Positions 9,218-22,301 of a DNA stretch of 64,000 nucleotides are shown here, piece by piece. Source of the stretch: Marinicella sp. GTDB taxonomy: Bacteria > Pseudomonadota > Gammaproteobacteria > Xanthomonadales > Marinicellaceae. Under the pieces are notes generated by a model. It was not told the DNA's origin and did no database searches. It worked only from the letters and a program-made list of their open reading frames with translations. Location of the stretch: NCBI GenBank assembly GCA_965230295.1, contig OZ246001.1, forward strand, positions 3,744,001 through 3,808,000. The letters are read 5' to 3'. Both the position numbers and the translations under genes were made by a program. Each line of letters begins with the position of its first letter. The stretch's first letter is position 1.

Positions 9218-10279
9218 TTTACTTTCAATATGGCTCTCACAGTTTGTTGTAATTATATCAACCAATGAATGGATGTCGTCTTCATTGTAATTCACCTGAT
9301 CAAGAACCCATGGGAAAGCTTTGAAGTGCTCAAACATTCCATACTCTCTTTGCGTTTGCTCTATGATAGGTTGAACAGGTAAAGAAGGGAATTGTGGAAT
9401 TATCGAAGTAAGCTCCTGTGGAATGCTTTTGGGGCTAGATATGTCAGCAATAACGAACTTTGCTAAAGACGCTAGAGTAATAATGGTTTCTGTTACATTT
9501 CTACTACTCGGCCCCTCGAAATCAAATAGCACTGGCAGGTAGCCCTTATTCTGAAGTTCTTCTTTTATAGTATCGAGGATGGCCTTACGTTCTTCTGTGA
9601 ACCGTCCAAGTATGAGAACAACTTTTGATGTAATTGTATCTATTACGTCTCTTATCTTTGAATTATTAACCAATAAAGATATAAATTGTGCCAACTCAAT
9701 GGTTGGAACTGTGATGCATGTTCCTACCTCTTCGATGTAGATATTACTCTGCCGACTACCATCTAGAACAAGGTCCCAAGCAGATACACCATAAACCCTA
9801 GCTCCATCAATTACCGTATCTGTAAAATCGGTTTTTACCAAACTCATATTACTTAGTTTTGTGAAAATAAACTTGGAACCTGAGAAATTCGTTTCCTCTG
9901 CACTACAGTATGAAAGATCGGCGTTCGTGAAATCACACTCATGAAATTCTGCTGAGCCTATTTTTGTGACAGCAAGACTAGCACCCTCAAAACTACAGTT
10001 TTGAAAGAATGAAAAGCAAATATCTGAAAAATTGAGATCGCTACCGGCTAGAAAACAGCGTATAAAATATGAATTTCTTGCGGTTACTCGATTTAGATTC
10101 ATGCAGGACAAATTATAACCAGTAAATTCTGGCATGTCGTAAGTTGATTCATAAGTGTGAACGTCTTTCTCGAAATCAATATCCGATAGGTCTGGCTTTA
10201 TGTTAGGATTTCCATTTCTCCAAGCATTCCATACTTGAGGGCCTTTTTTAAATATTTCGACATGTTCTGCTACTGCCAC
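9212..10279 (-). CDS. Pentapeptide-repeat protein with C-terminal alpha/beta domain (integron cassette)
   Basis: Pentapeptide repeats (FTNADLSYC, FSGSKFIFT); C-terminal VVLILGRF...GYLPVLFDF...FVIADIS..PQEL; AGGAGG before the GTG start. Confidence 0.85.
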   Translation of the reverse strand: MAVAEHVEIFKKGPQVWNAWRNGNPNIKPDLSDIDFEKDVHTYESTYDMPEFTGYNLSCMNLNRVTARNSYFIRCFLAGSDLNFSDICFSFFQNCSFEGASLAVTKIGSAEFHECDFTNADLSYCSAEETNFSGSKFIFTKLSNMSLVKTDFTDTVIDGARVYGVSAWDLVLDGSRQSNIYIEEVGTCITVPTIELAQFISLLVNNSKIRDVIDTITSKVVLILGRFTEERKAILDTIKEELQNKGYLPVLFDFEGPSSRNVTETIITLASLAKFVIADISSPKSIPQELTSIIPQFPSLPVQPIIEQTQREYGMFEHFKAFPWVLDQVNYNEDDIHSLVDIITTNCESHIESKT

Positions 10280-10291
10280 TTAACCCTCCTT

Positions 10292-10353
10292 AAACCCAAC
10301 TATTTATTATATGTGCATTAATGTTATATATCGTCATATTTGTGTATTTATTG
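10292..10353 (-). other. Cassette 5' core site GTTGGGT and possible attI
   Basis: GTTGGGTTT (G at 10300) matches the reverse complement of the cassette's AAACCTAAC at 8/9; no attC hairpin upstream; imperfect direct repeats at 10311-10323 and 10340-10353. Confidence 0.5.
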
Positions 10354-10487
10354 TATCCTTAATTTTACTATATTGGGTGATGTGCCAGATTTGATGAAAT
10401 TCACCCATTAAACCAGTTTAACATATTGATTTTATTAATTAAAAAGTTCTTGTTTTTGAAATAGAAGAGTAGGGCAGTTTGATAATC

Positions 10488-13400
10488 CTATCCAGGTGAT
10501 TTGTATATCTTTATATTCATCATATCTTTGATACTTGCAGTAAATGAACTGGTATGCTTATGATCAAAATCATAAAACCCTTTCATGCTGATATGTAACC
10601 ATGATATTACTGACCCTTTCCGAATTGAATCAATGACCTCTATTTTTTCTGCTTTGGTTTTCAAATTATGAATGTGATTGGACAAAAACAGATAATTCCA
10701 GAGCACGATGGCATTTTTGATCAGGGCAGTGCATGAAACTACTTTGAGCATTTCTCTTTGGGAGCCAACAAAAAGTTTCCCTTTCCTGGCAAAGAATACT
10801 GCATCAGATAATTTTTGACCTAACTCTACAATATTGAGCTGTTTTTGGATTGATCTTCTCAATTTTTTACTATCAATGTACTCGAGTATGAATTTCGATT
10901 TAATCAACCTTCCGAATTCCCTGATTGCCTTGTAGAGCTCATTTTGTTTTGGGCTTGAAGATATGATTTTAAAGAGGTGTGATGGTGAATAATCACCTCG
11001 TTTAATGGTGGCCATAAATCTTAAAATGTCATCCCAATTCTTCAATATCAACTTACGATTGATTTTAGTCTTGGGGGCAATTGGCGAATCTGAATATCTT
11101 CTCAATGACTTAGTTTCATAGGCATAAATAACCTGCTTATTAACTTGTTTTATACGTGGGGCAAAAGACACATCTAAAAAATGCATGCCAGCAAATATGG
11201 GCTCCGTGTAACCATGAGTATCAGTTGAGTGGATGTAATCATATTTTCCCTCACGAAAAATTGAAGCTCTTGTTTCAACGATACCATCCATCATGTAAGC
11301 AGCTTCTCGATCTGATGATGTGAGGATATTGACATGGTAAAATGTATGTTTATTGTCAACAAATGAATTCACACTGATGCCTTGCTCTCTTCCATAATAC
11401 TTATACGAATAGTTTGCAAGAATCGAATCAACAGCGACAACCACTTTCTTGCCATCACTGCTCGAATGAATGGTGCCATTAGCATCACTGAATAGGGTAG
11501 GGAGTGGTAGTTTTTTAATAAATTTGCTGATCCTGTTATTAGCTCTTCTTATATTCTTCAACGAAAATCTATTTCTATCCGTTTGTTCAAGAATCTTTTT
11601 TGAAATGCCTCTGGTAGATCTTGACATATCACTATGCCCAATGTTGTTTCCCAAGCTCATCAAAGTGGCATAAATCAGTTTTAAATCAATACTTTCTTTG
11701 GAGTGTTTTCTTGAATGATGCGTGAAACATTCAGAGAATTGAGTGTATTCGTCAATTTCAGCAAGTAGTTCATACAACATTTTAAAACTGGACTCGCTGA
11801 GCAAGTTTGGTATGTACTTAGTAGACTCATAATTAGGCTCATTATCTATTAATCTCCATTTACCACTATCTGAGATTTTCAAGTATTTATTCTTGCCCTC
11901 GATGCAATTCCGGTTGATTCGCTCATAAGTTTTGGTTAGATCTTTTCCAAGTTCATCGAGAACCTTCTCACCATCAGCATATTTCAACAAGCAAACATGC
12001 TCCAATATTTCATTTTTATCTTTATCCCATTGTTCATCAGGTATGAAATATGAGTTGTGTGCTCTGTATTTGTAGGAGTATTTCAAAGTGAGTTCTTTGT
12101 TTCTGATTGCCTCTTTGATATGAGTAAATAGTATGACTTTGAATTTAGTGACGTGTGGATATCCATTGCTGTCATCATTCATATGCTCAAGCTCATGAGC
12201 TGAAAATAAGTGGTTACTGTATTCAATGGTTTCTTCACTTTTTGCATAACTTGCAATTGCGTCATACAAGGCCTCTTTAGAGTTTTCTTGATCAAAAACA
12301 AGGACCTTTAATGATGAAGACAGGGCACTTTGCATTGACTTTGATAATTTAAAAAGCGCAAGATAGTATTCTAGTTTTGATTTTGAGTTTTCAACATCCT
12401 CATGAATCCTGGTTGCATGCTGTTCAAAGTCGGGAAATAACTCTCTGAGATACGATTTAACTTCCATCAAGGCCTCTTGAACTTTCATATCTGAGGAATA
12501 TGTTTCATCCTCCAGTATTCCTTCAATCTTTTCAAATCCTTTCTTTGCACTGAAACCAGTAGCAACCGCAGCTACACTTGATGTATGAAGGTCTTTTTCA
12601 CCTTGCTGTTTGATCTCGACCTCAAGTCTCCTTGCTTGGTGCATATCGCGTATAACACGACGAAGTATTGAATCAACAGCATGATCTTGCCTTTGAAAAA
12701 ACTGATCTTGAACAAATGCGACCAATCGTAACCTCAGCATGGTTTTATTCTTCAAATTTTTGATTTGATATAAATCCGTTTTATAAATCCATTCTGAAAA
12801 GTGTTTCACGGCTTCTGGAGTTATTTCAAGTTTTTTGATCAATGGTTTTATCGTGAAAAAAACCTCTTTGATCGCTCCAAGGATCTTGGCATTTTGATTT
12901 AAATCTCTATTAGCTGGTGATTGGCTGATTCGTTTGTATTCTGTGAATGAATTCACAGCCTCTGGATCTTCTAATAAATTTTTTAGAGCAATCTTCTGTT
13001 TCAAACTGATGTTATTGCTTAATCTTTCCATGATCATGGTTTCGTATTTCAAATAAGCATCATTAACAATAGATTCTAATTTGATGAAGCGTGGAATTTC
13101 AATCTTGCGACCCCACAGAAAATTGATCAATGTAAAAATCGTTTCTTCTTTAGACTTTTGTTTATCGACTTGTATGCTGGCATGTGATCTTAAATCACGG
13201 TCATACTCTTTGCTGAATGATCTCCAGCCTTTTAGCTTAAGGATAATCTTTTGATGCCGTTTGTATGTTTTGTAATCATAATGACTCAAATCAACCGCAC
13301 TCAGAGCTCCTACAATCATTTCAGCCCTTGTAATATCTCGTTTTCTAAGTCTTAGTTTTTTTAGATCAAAAAACCTTCCTTTTGACCTAAAATAAGCCCA

Positions 13401-13562
13401 TTGGAGTAAAAAGCCTACCTTGTTAACCGAGCTACCCAATGAGTAAACAAACTTTCTGTTAACGGCATTTATACAAACATAAACTTTACGTTCTTCTGAG
13501 TTGAATTTGGGAATTTCTCGGAACCTTCTTTCATGACCTTTGGTTAATATTTTATTTGTCAT
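10488..13562 (-). CDS. tnpA: Tn3-family transposase
   Basis: 1024 aa; HSSSDGKK, DREAAYMMDG, HSTDTHGYTE, FAPRI, LRRSIQKQLNIVE, NAIVLWNY. Confidence 0.92.
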   Translation of the reverse strand: MTNKILTKGHERRFREIPKFNSEERKVYVCINAVNRKFVYSLGSSVNKVGFLLQWAYFRSKGRFFDLKKLRLRKRDITRAEMIVGALSAVDLSHYDYKTYKRHQKIILKLKGWRSFSKEYDRDLRSHASIQVDKQKSKEETIFTLINFLWGRKIEIPRFIKLESIVNDAYLKYETMIMERLSNNISLKQKIALKNLLEDPEAVNSFTEYKRISQSPANRDLNQNAKILGAIKEVFFTIKPLIKKLEITPEAVKHFSEWIYKTDLYQIKNLKNKTMLRLRLVAFVQDQFFQRQDHAVDSILRRVIRDMHQARRLEVEIKQQGEKDLHTSSVAAVATGFSAKKGFEKIEGILEDETYSSDMKVQEALMEVKSYLRELFPDFEQHATRIHEDVENSKSKLEYYLALFKLSKSMQSALSSSLKVLVFDQENSKEALYDAIASYAKSEETIEYSNHLFSAHELEHMNDDSNGYPHVTKFKVILFTHIKEAIRNKELTLKYSYKYRAHNSYFIPDEQWDKDKNEILEHVCLLKYADGEKVLDELGKDLTKTYERINRNCIEGKNKYLKISDSGKWRLIDNEPNYESTKYIPNLLSESSFKMLYELLAEIDEYTQFSECFTHHSRKHSKESIDLKLIYATLMSLGNNIGHSDMSRSTRGISKKILEQTDRNRFSLKNIRRANNRISKFIKKLPLPTLFSDANGTIHSSSDGKKVVVAVDSILANYSYKYYGREQGISVNSFVDNKHTFYHVNILTSSDREAAYMMDGIVETRASIFREGKYDYIHSTDTHGYTEPIFAGMHFLDVSFAPRIKQVNKQVIYAYETKSLRRYSDSPIAPKTKINRKLILKNWDDILRFMATIKRGDYSPSHLFKIISSSPKQNELYKAIREFGRLIKSKFILEYIDSKKLRRSIQKQLNIVELGQKLSDAVFFARKGKLFVGSQREMLKVVSCTALIKNAIVLWNYLFLSNHIHNLKTKAEKIEVIDSIRKGSVISWLHISMKGFYDFDHKHTSSFTASIKDMMNIKIYKSPG

Positions 13563-13684
13563 TATGATATAATCTATTTCTTAGACTTAGTTATTTTAAA
13601 TTAAAAAACAGTCTTTTTCGTTACCGTTTTTCCCATTTTTGGGAAGGCAATATTACAGTATACATAGCCAGAGAGCTGATTTTT

Positions 13685-13702
13685 TTGTATTGTACAATAC
13701 AA
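13685..13702. promoter_or_regulatory. Perfect 18-bp palindrome, candidate operator
   Basis: TTGTATTGTACAATACAA; related copy ATTGTACAAAACAAT at 13793-13807; lies between divergent tnpA and the SprT-like gene. Confidence 0.5.
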
Positions 13703-13831
13703 TTTTTTTCATCCATATTCTCTCCCAAAGCACTCATCAATTTTTACAAGCCAGTAACATAAGATTGACTCTTGAAGTCTTAATATTTATGCATTGTACA
13801 AAACAATATTATTTGAGTTTATAATGAAAGA

Positions 13832-14629
13832 ATGGAGCCTACATCCGAACTTTACGAATCACTGCAAATTGCGTACAAGCATTTCAATAAGAGACTATTT
13901 GATGAAAGTCTTGTAAAAGTCATTTTTACTGTTCAAAGACAAAAAGGTGTTATGGGCTTTTTCGCTCCTGACAGGTGGGGGAGTTTAGAGGGAACTAAAT
14001 GCCATGAGATTGCCATCAATCCATCATACATCGCAAATGCTCGTTTAATTGAGGTGATGCAGACGCTGGTTCATGAAATGGTTCATTGTTGGCAATTTTG
14101 CTATGGTGACCCAGGACGGAAGTTCTACCATAACAAAGAATGGGCCAACAAAATGATTGAGATCGGTTTAATGCCATCTCACACTGGTAGGCCTGGTGGA
14201 AGGATAACCGGTCAACACATGAGCGATTACATCATTAAAAATGGTGAGTTTCACAAAGCTTTTAAAGTTTTGGATAGGCGAAAAAAATTTAAGTTAAAGT
14301 GGGTTGATCTGCTCTCACTTCCAAGACTAAACGATCCAATAATTGCTGACCCAAGTGTTAAAGATAATAACCAAGCAAATCTGACAACTATCATCAAAAA
14401 TAATCCAGAACTGGATGAATTTGACCTTACTAAATTATCTGAATACGAAATAGAGGATGATGTTTCATCCTTCACCGAGTTGCTCCCAAACAACTTTGTT
14501 ATTCAACAAAAACCGCCCAATAAAACAAGGATTAAATATGTTTGTTACGGTTGTAATGCCATTGTCTATGGTAAACAAAATCTAAACATCAGATGCGAGG
14601 ATTGCAATATCTCGTTTGAGGAAAATTGA
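13832..14629 (+). CDS. SprT-like zinc metalloprotease with C-terminal Zn ribbon
   Basis: TLVHEMVH...YHNKEW; CYGC...CEDC. Confidence 0.85.
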   Translation: MEPTSELYESLQIAYKHFNKRLFDESLVKVIFTVQRQKGVMGFFAPDRWGSLEGTKCHEIAINPSYIANARLIEVMQTLVHEMVHCWQFCYGDPGRKFYHNKEWANKMIEIGLMPSHTGRPGGRITGQHMSDYIIKNGEFHKAFKVLDRRKKFKLKWVDLLSLPRLNDPIIADPSVKDNNQANLTTIIKNNPELDEFDLTKLSEYEIEDDVSSFTELLPNNFVIQQKPPNKTRIKYVCYGCNAIVYGKQNLNIRCEDCNISFEEN

Positions 14630-14642
14630 TAGCTAGAGAAGT

Positions 14643-14855
14643 CTATCTGCTGTGGCATTCGCTGGCACAGTAATAACATCCATCTACATTTGCATAATAC
14701 CTTTTAGCCTCAAGAATAGCACTTTGACAATTGGGATGAACACCCAAAAATACCTGATTATGCGGTAAAGGTAACCTGTTGCAGTGTCTGTCTAAATTAT
14801 GAACTTCGTGTTCCCCGGTTGCTTGAGCATTTTTATTTACACAAAATCTTGGCAT
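14643..14855 (-). CDS. Small conserved Cys/His-rich hypothetical protein
   Basis: VNKNAQATGEHEVH..C...GCYYCASECH pattern; probable metal binder. Confidence 0.7.
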   Translation of the reverse strand: MPRFCVNKNAQATGEHEVHNLDRHCNRLPLPHNQVFLGVHPNCQSAILEAKRYYANVDGCYYCASECHSR

Positions 14856-15003
14856 TGAATCAATCCGCTTTAAAAGGTAATAACATAATTGAATTCAATT
14901 AATTTATCTGTCAATAAATTCTTACTTGCATGTAAGAAAATATCAATACTTTAAGAGAATGTGGAGTCTAACATTTAGTTCATTTATTGATTCTCAGAAT
15001 TGC

Positions 15004-15408
15004 TTAATCTTTACAGTCACAATCTTGTAAAGATTTAATGATGCCACAATCGCCAACTTTTTGATTTAAGGGGCATGAATCATTGAGCATTTGTAATTGG
15101 GATTTAAGTTTTCTCAATTCCTTCATTTTGATTGTTACCAACCTGATTTGAGTATTAATGAGTTCATTGACTTCCTCACAAAATGAATCAGGATTATCTC
15201 TCAATTCGTTAATACGTTTAATGTCACTTAAGGATAAATCAAGGTGACGACAGTGTTTAATGAACTCCAGTTGATCGATGACCTTTTTATCATAGACCCT
15301 GAAGTTCCCCTCTGTTCTGCCTGCTGATCTTATTAACTTTTGAGACTCATAGTAACGAATGGTCTGAACGGGGAGGTTGGTTTTTTTGGAAACTTGTCCA
15401 ATTTTCAT
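15004..15408 (-). CDS. cadR: Cd(II)/Pb(II)-responsive MerR-family regulator
   Basis: MKIGQV...TIRYYE...RTEGNFRVY, FIKHCRHLDLSL, C..VN and C......CGII. Confidence 0.88.
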   Translation of the reverse strand: MKIGQVSKKTNLPVQTIRYYESQKLIRSAGRTEGNFRVYDKKVIDQLEFIKHCRHLDLSLSDIKRINELRDNPDSFCEEVNELINTQIRLVTIKMKELRKLKSQLQMLNDSCPLNQKVGDCGIIKSLQDCDCKD

Positions 15409-15416
15409 GTTTATTC

Positions 15417-15447
15417 TTGACTCTATAGTAACTATAGATATTAAACT
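15417..15447 (+). promoter_or_regulatory. MerR-type promoter/operator for the metal transporter operon
   Basis: TTGACT, 19-bp spacer with dyad CTATAGTAACTATAG, then TAAACT. Confidence 0.9.
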
Positions 15448-15476
15448 GCAAACTTAATAAGAACAAGCATATTTTC

Positions 15477-16364
15477 ATGTCAGATACATGTAACAATAAT
15501 TGCAATGCCGAAAAGCAAAGTACAGACCAAATCACAGACATTCCTGATCATGGCCTGGTAAGTACTTTTAAGGTGACCAAAATGGATTGTCCTTCAGAAG
15601 AAAGAATGATTCGTATGGCTCTGGAAAATTGCCAGTCTTTAAAAGCCATGGAATTTGACATCCCTGAACGGATTTTGAAGGTTTACCATGAAAAAGACAT
15701 CGATCATATCAATCAGAAGCTAACTGATTTGAACTTGGGATCAAAGTTGTTAAAAACCCAAGAAATAACTTCTGAAGCACTTTCTGAAATCGTTGACAAA
15801 GCCAATTCAGAGGATGCCAAGGAATTCAAAGTGCTCATGTGGCTATTGACCATCAATGCTGTCATGTTTGTGGTTGAGTTTACTGTTGGCATAGTGGCTC
15901 AATCTACAGGCTTGATTGCTGACTCCCTTGATATGTTTGCAGATGCTGCCGTTTATGGCACTGCGATTTATGCAATTGGTAAAAGTGATGTGTTGAAATT
16001 AAAAGCAGCTCATTTATCTGGATGGCTCCAAATATTGTTAGGTCTTGGTGCCTTGTTGGAAGTTATTCGAAGATTTATATATGGCAGCGAACCGGTTTCT
16101 GCGTTAATGATTTCAATGGGATTGGTTGCATTGATTGCTAACGTTGCATGTTTGATGCTTATCGCGAAGAAAAAAGATTCCGGGGCACACATGAAGGCCA
16201 GTTGGATTTTTTCAGCCAACGACGTGATTGCCAATGTTGGTGTGATTTTGGCGGGATTTCTCGTTTGGTTTACCGGTTCTGCACTTCCTGATTTATTGAT
16301 AGGACTTGTTATAGTAGCTGTTGTATTGAATGGGGCGCGACGGATCTTACAAATAAAATCATGA
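15477..16364 (+). CDS. CDF-family cation transporter with N-terminal HMA-like domain
   Basis: KMDCPSEE; LIADSLDMFADA; WIFSANDV; several TM segments. Confidence 0.9.
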   Translation: MSDTCNNNCNAEKQSTDQITDIPDHGLVSTFKVTKMDCPSEERMIRMALENCQSLKAMEFDIPERILKVYHEKDIDHINQKLTDLNLGSKLLKTQEITSEALSEIVDKANSEDAKEFKVLMWLLTINAVMFVVEFTVGIVAQSTGLIADSLDMFADAAVYGTAIYAIGKSDVLKLKAAHLSGWLQILLGLGALLEVIRRFIYGSEPVSALMISMGLVALIANVACLMLIAKKKDSGAHMKASWIFSANDVIANVGVILAGFLVWFTGSALPDLLIGLVIVAVVLNGARRILQIKS

Positions 16365-16444
16365 GTTAGATACTGCAACAATACTGAACGACTTGATACA
16401 ATATGAGTCAAAACATAAATACGACAATTAGACATTTAGATTTC

Positions 16445-16777
16445 ATGCATCACAAACCGCTCATCATTCTGCTTTTATTGGCTGTTTCATTTCAGTCAAT
16501 TTCTGCAGTGGCTGATGTTCACCAGTCTCACCAATCCGGTGTTGAGCATTTAGAGTTTGAGCACGATCATGATTCAGAACCAGAAATAAAAACTGATGAT
16601 GAGTCGAGTTCCTTTGATTGTCATCATTGTTGTCATTGTCATGGGGGACATGTGTCTTCCTTTTTACATCGAACCTTTAATCTGGTTTTTCAGGAGCTGG
16701 ATCAATCCATTCAAATATATGGCCAGTCCTTTCAGAAGGGTGTCTCTTCCCGGCTATTAAGGCCACCGCAAGCCTGA
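16445..16777 (+). CDS. CzcI-like His/Cys-rich small exported protein
   Basis: Signal peptide, DCHHCCHCHGGH, terminal LRPP; directly upstream of czcC. Confidence 0.7.
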   Translation: MHHKPLIILLLLAVSFQSISAVADVHQSHQSGVEHLEFEHDHDSEPEIKTDDESSSFDCHHCCHCHGGHVSSFLHRTFNLVFQELDQSIQIYGQSFQKGVSSRLLRPPQA

Positions 16778-16860
16778 ATCTTTATTAATTAAAAGAACGA
16801 TGTCTCGACACGGCTTTGTGTCGGTGACCTCATTGTATTTTTAAAGATTTAGGAAAACAC

Positions 16861-18164
16861 ATGAACATTAAAAATCAGAGCATGCCTTGGCGCATGTTCA
16901 ATTGGTCGGGTGCCAGCAAATGGTTATTTGCGATTTCGCTGATAGTATCAGGTCAACTTCTTGCCGATGATATCAACCTGGAAACAGCCATCAAACTGAT
17001 GTCTGAACGCAATCCAACTCTTAAGGAGTTTGAAATTCGCAAGCGCATCCTTGGTGGAGCAAAAATAACAGCTGAATTAAATCCTGAATTGGAGGCTGGC
17101 ATTGAAGTTGAAAACTTTGCCGGTACCAACCCATACAGTACATTCAGACAGTCTGAACTGACAGTGGCGCTGTCATCAGTGATCGAGCTGGGTGGTAAGA
17201 AAGAATCCAGGAATAACCTGGTATTAAAGCAGCATGAATTACTTGATGCCCAAAGGAAAGTTCACTCTCTGGATCTCATTTCTGGATTGACCGAGCAGTT
17301 TATTGAAACCCTCGCCACGCAAGAACGCATAAAGTTGGCCCATGAATCTGTCCAGTTAAACGAAGACATTTTTAAATCGGTTAAACGCAAAGCAAATGCA
17401 GGGGCGATCAGCGATGTCGAGGTTAAGCGATCTTTTGCAGCATTAAAGCAGGCTCAATTAACCCTCAATGCTGAACAACTTAAACTTGATCGGCAAAGGG
17501 TTAATTTAAGCCTTCTTTGGGCAGATAAAAACCCAAGCTTTGATCAGCTTTCAGGGTCGCTTTTTAATTTCGGTCATATCAAAGACTTAGAACTGGTCAT
17601 GAGCAATTTGGAACAGTCAAGCCTGATTGCTGTATTGGCTGCAAATCAACGCATGGCTGAGTCACAATTGCAAATTGCTCAAGCTGAGTCAAAGGCTGAC
17701 ATCAGCTGGTCATTTGGGATTCGTAGGATAGAAGAAAGCAATGACAATGCATTAACCGCTGGGTTTTCTATTCCGCTTTTTAAGAAGAAAAGAAATGAGG
17801 GCGCACTGATTGAAGCAGCAGCTGAAATTGAAGCCCTGGAGACAAAACAAAACATCGCTCTGCTTGAATTATTTGGTCAGGCCAATGGGTTGTATTCACT
17901 CAGAACATCAGCACTTGAGCATTATTCGGTTCTTGAGGGTGAAGTCATTCCAGCGCTATCAGAAGCACTTTCTTTGACCACGGCAGCCTATTTGGATGGC
18001 AGGTATGGTTATCTGGAATATTCGGCTGCACGATCAGAGTTGATTCAATCGAAAAAGGCATTGATTGACACTGCCGAAAGCATTTTGAAATATGGTGTTC
18101 AGCTGGAACGAATTACGGCTGAATCTGTTTATGTAGACCCCACAAATAATCAAGGAGCAGGTTC

Positions 18165-18168
<4 letters not shown>
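16861..18168 (+). CDS. czcC: Outer-membrane efflux channel (TolC family)
   Basis: NPEL...IELGGKK, AY.DGRYGYLE; first gene of the CBA operon. Confidence 0.85.
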
Positions 18169-22183
<4,015 letters not shown>

Positions 22184-22194
22184 GTATACCACCC

Positions 22195-22235
22195 TCATAC
22201 TTGGCTTGATTCCATTGGTTTTAAGTCAAGTATGA
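22195..22235 (+). terminator. Hairpin after czcA, probable terminator
   Basis: TCATACTTGGCTT / AAGTCAAGTATGA inverted repeat. Confidence 0.55.
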
Positions 22236-22242
22236 AATTCGC

Positions 22243-22273
22243 TTGACTCTATAGTTACTGCAGATATTATCAT
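22243..22273 (+). promoter_or_regulatory. Second CadR-type promoter/operator
   Basis: TTGACTCTATAGTTACTGCAGATATTATCAT: same -35, 19-bp spacer and nearly the same dyad as 15417-15447. Confidence 0.85.
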
Positions 22274-22301
22274 CTCAGCTTATTAATTATTGAGAGAAAA
22301 A

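Noticed and set aside
13656-13671. LexA box near the SprT-like gene
   Set aside because: CAGTATACATAGCCAG breaks the CTG-N10-CAG consensus.
10440-13680. 38-bp GGGG-type terminal inverted repeats for the Tn3 transposase
   Set aside because: No convincing pair found by eye (AGGGCAG at 10471 has no partner I could locate), so the Tn3 limits are not called.
16374-16379. TGCAAC after the CDF gene as a regulon site
   Set aside because: Single hexamer with no partner at 21 bp.
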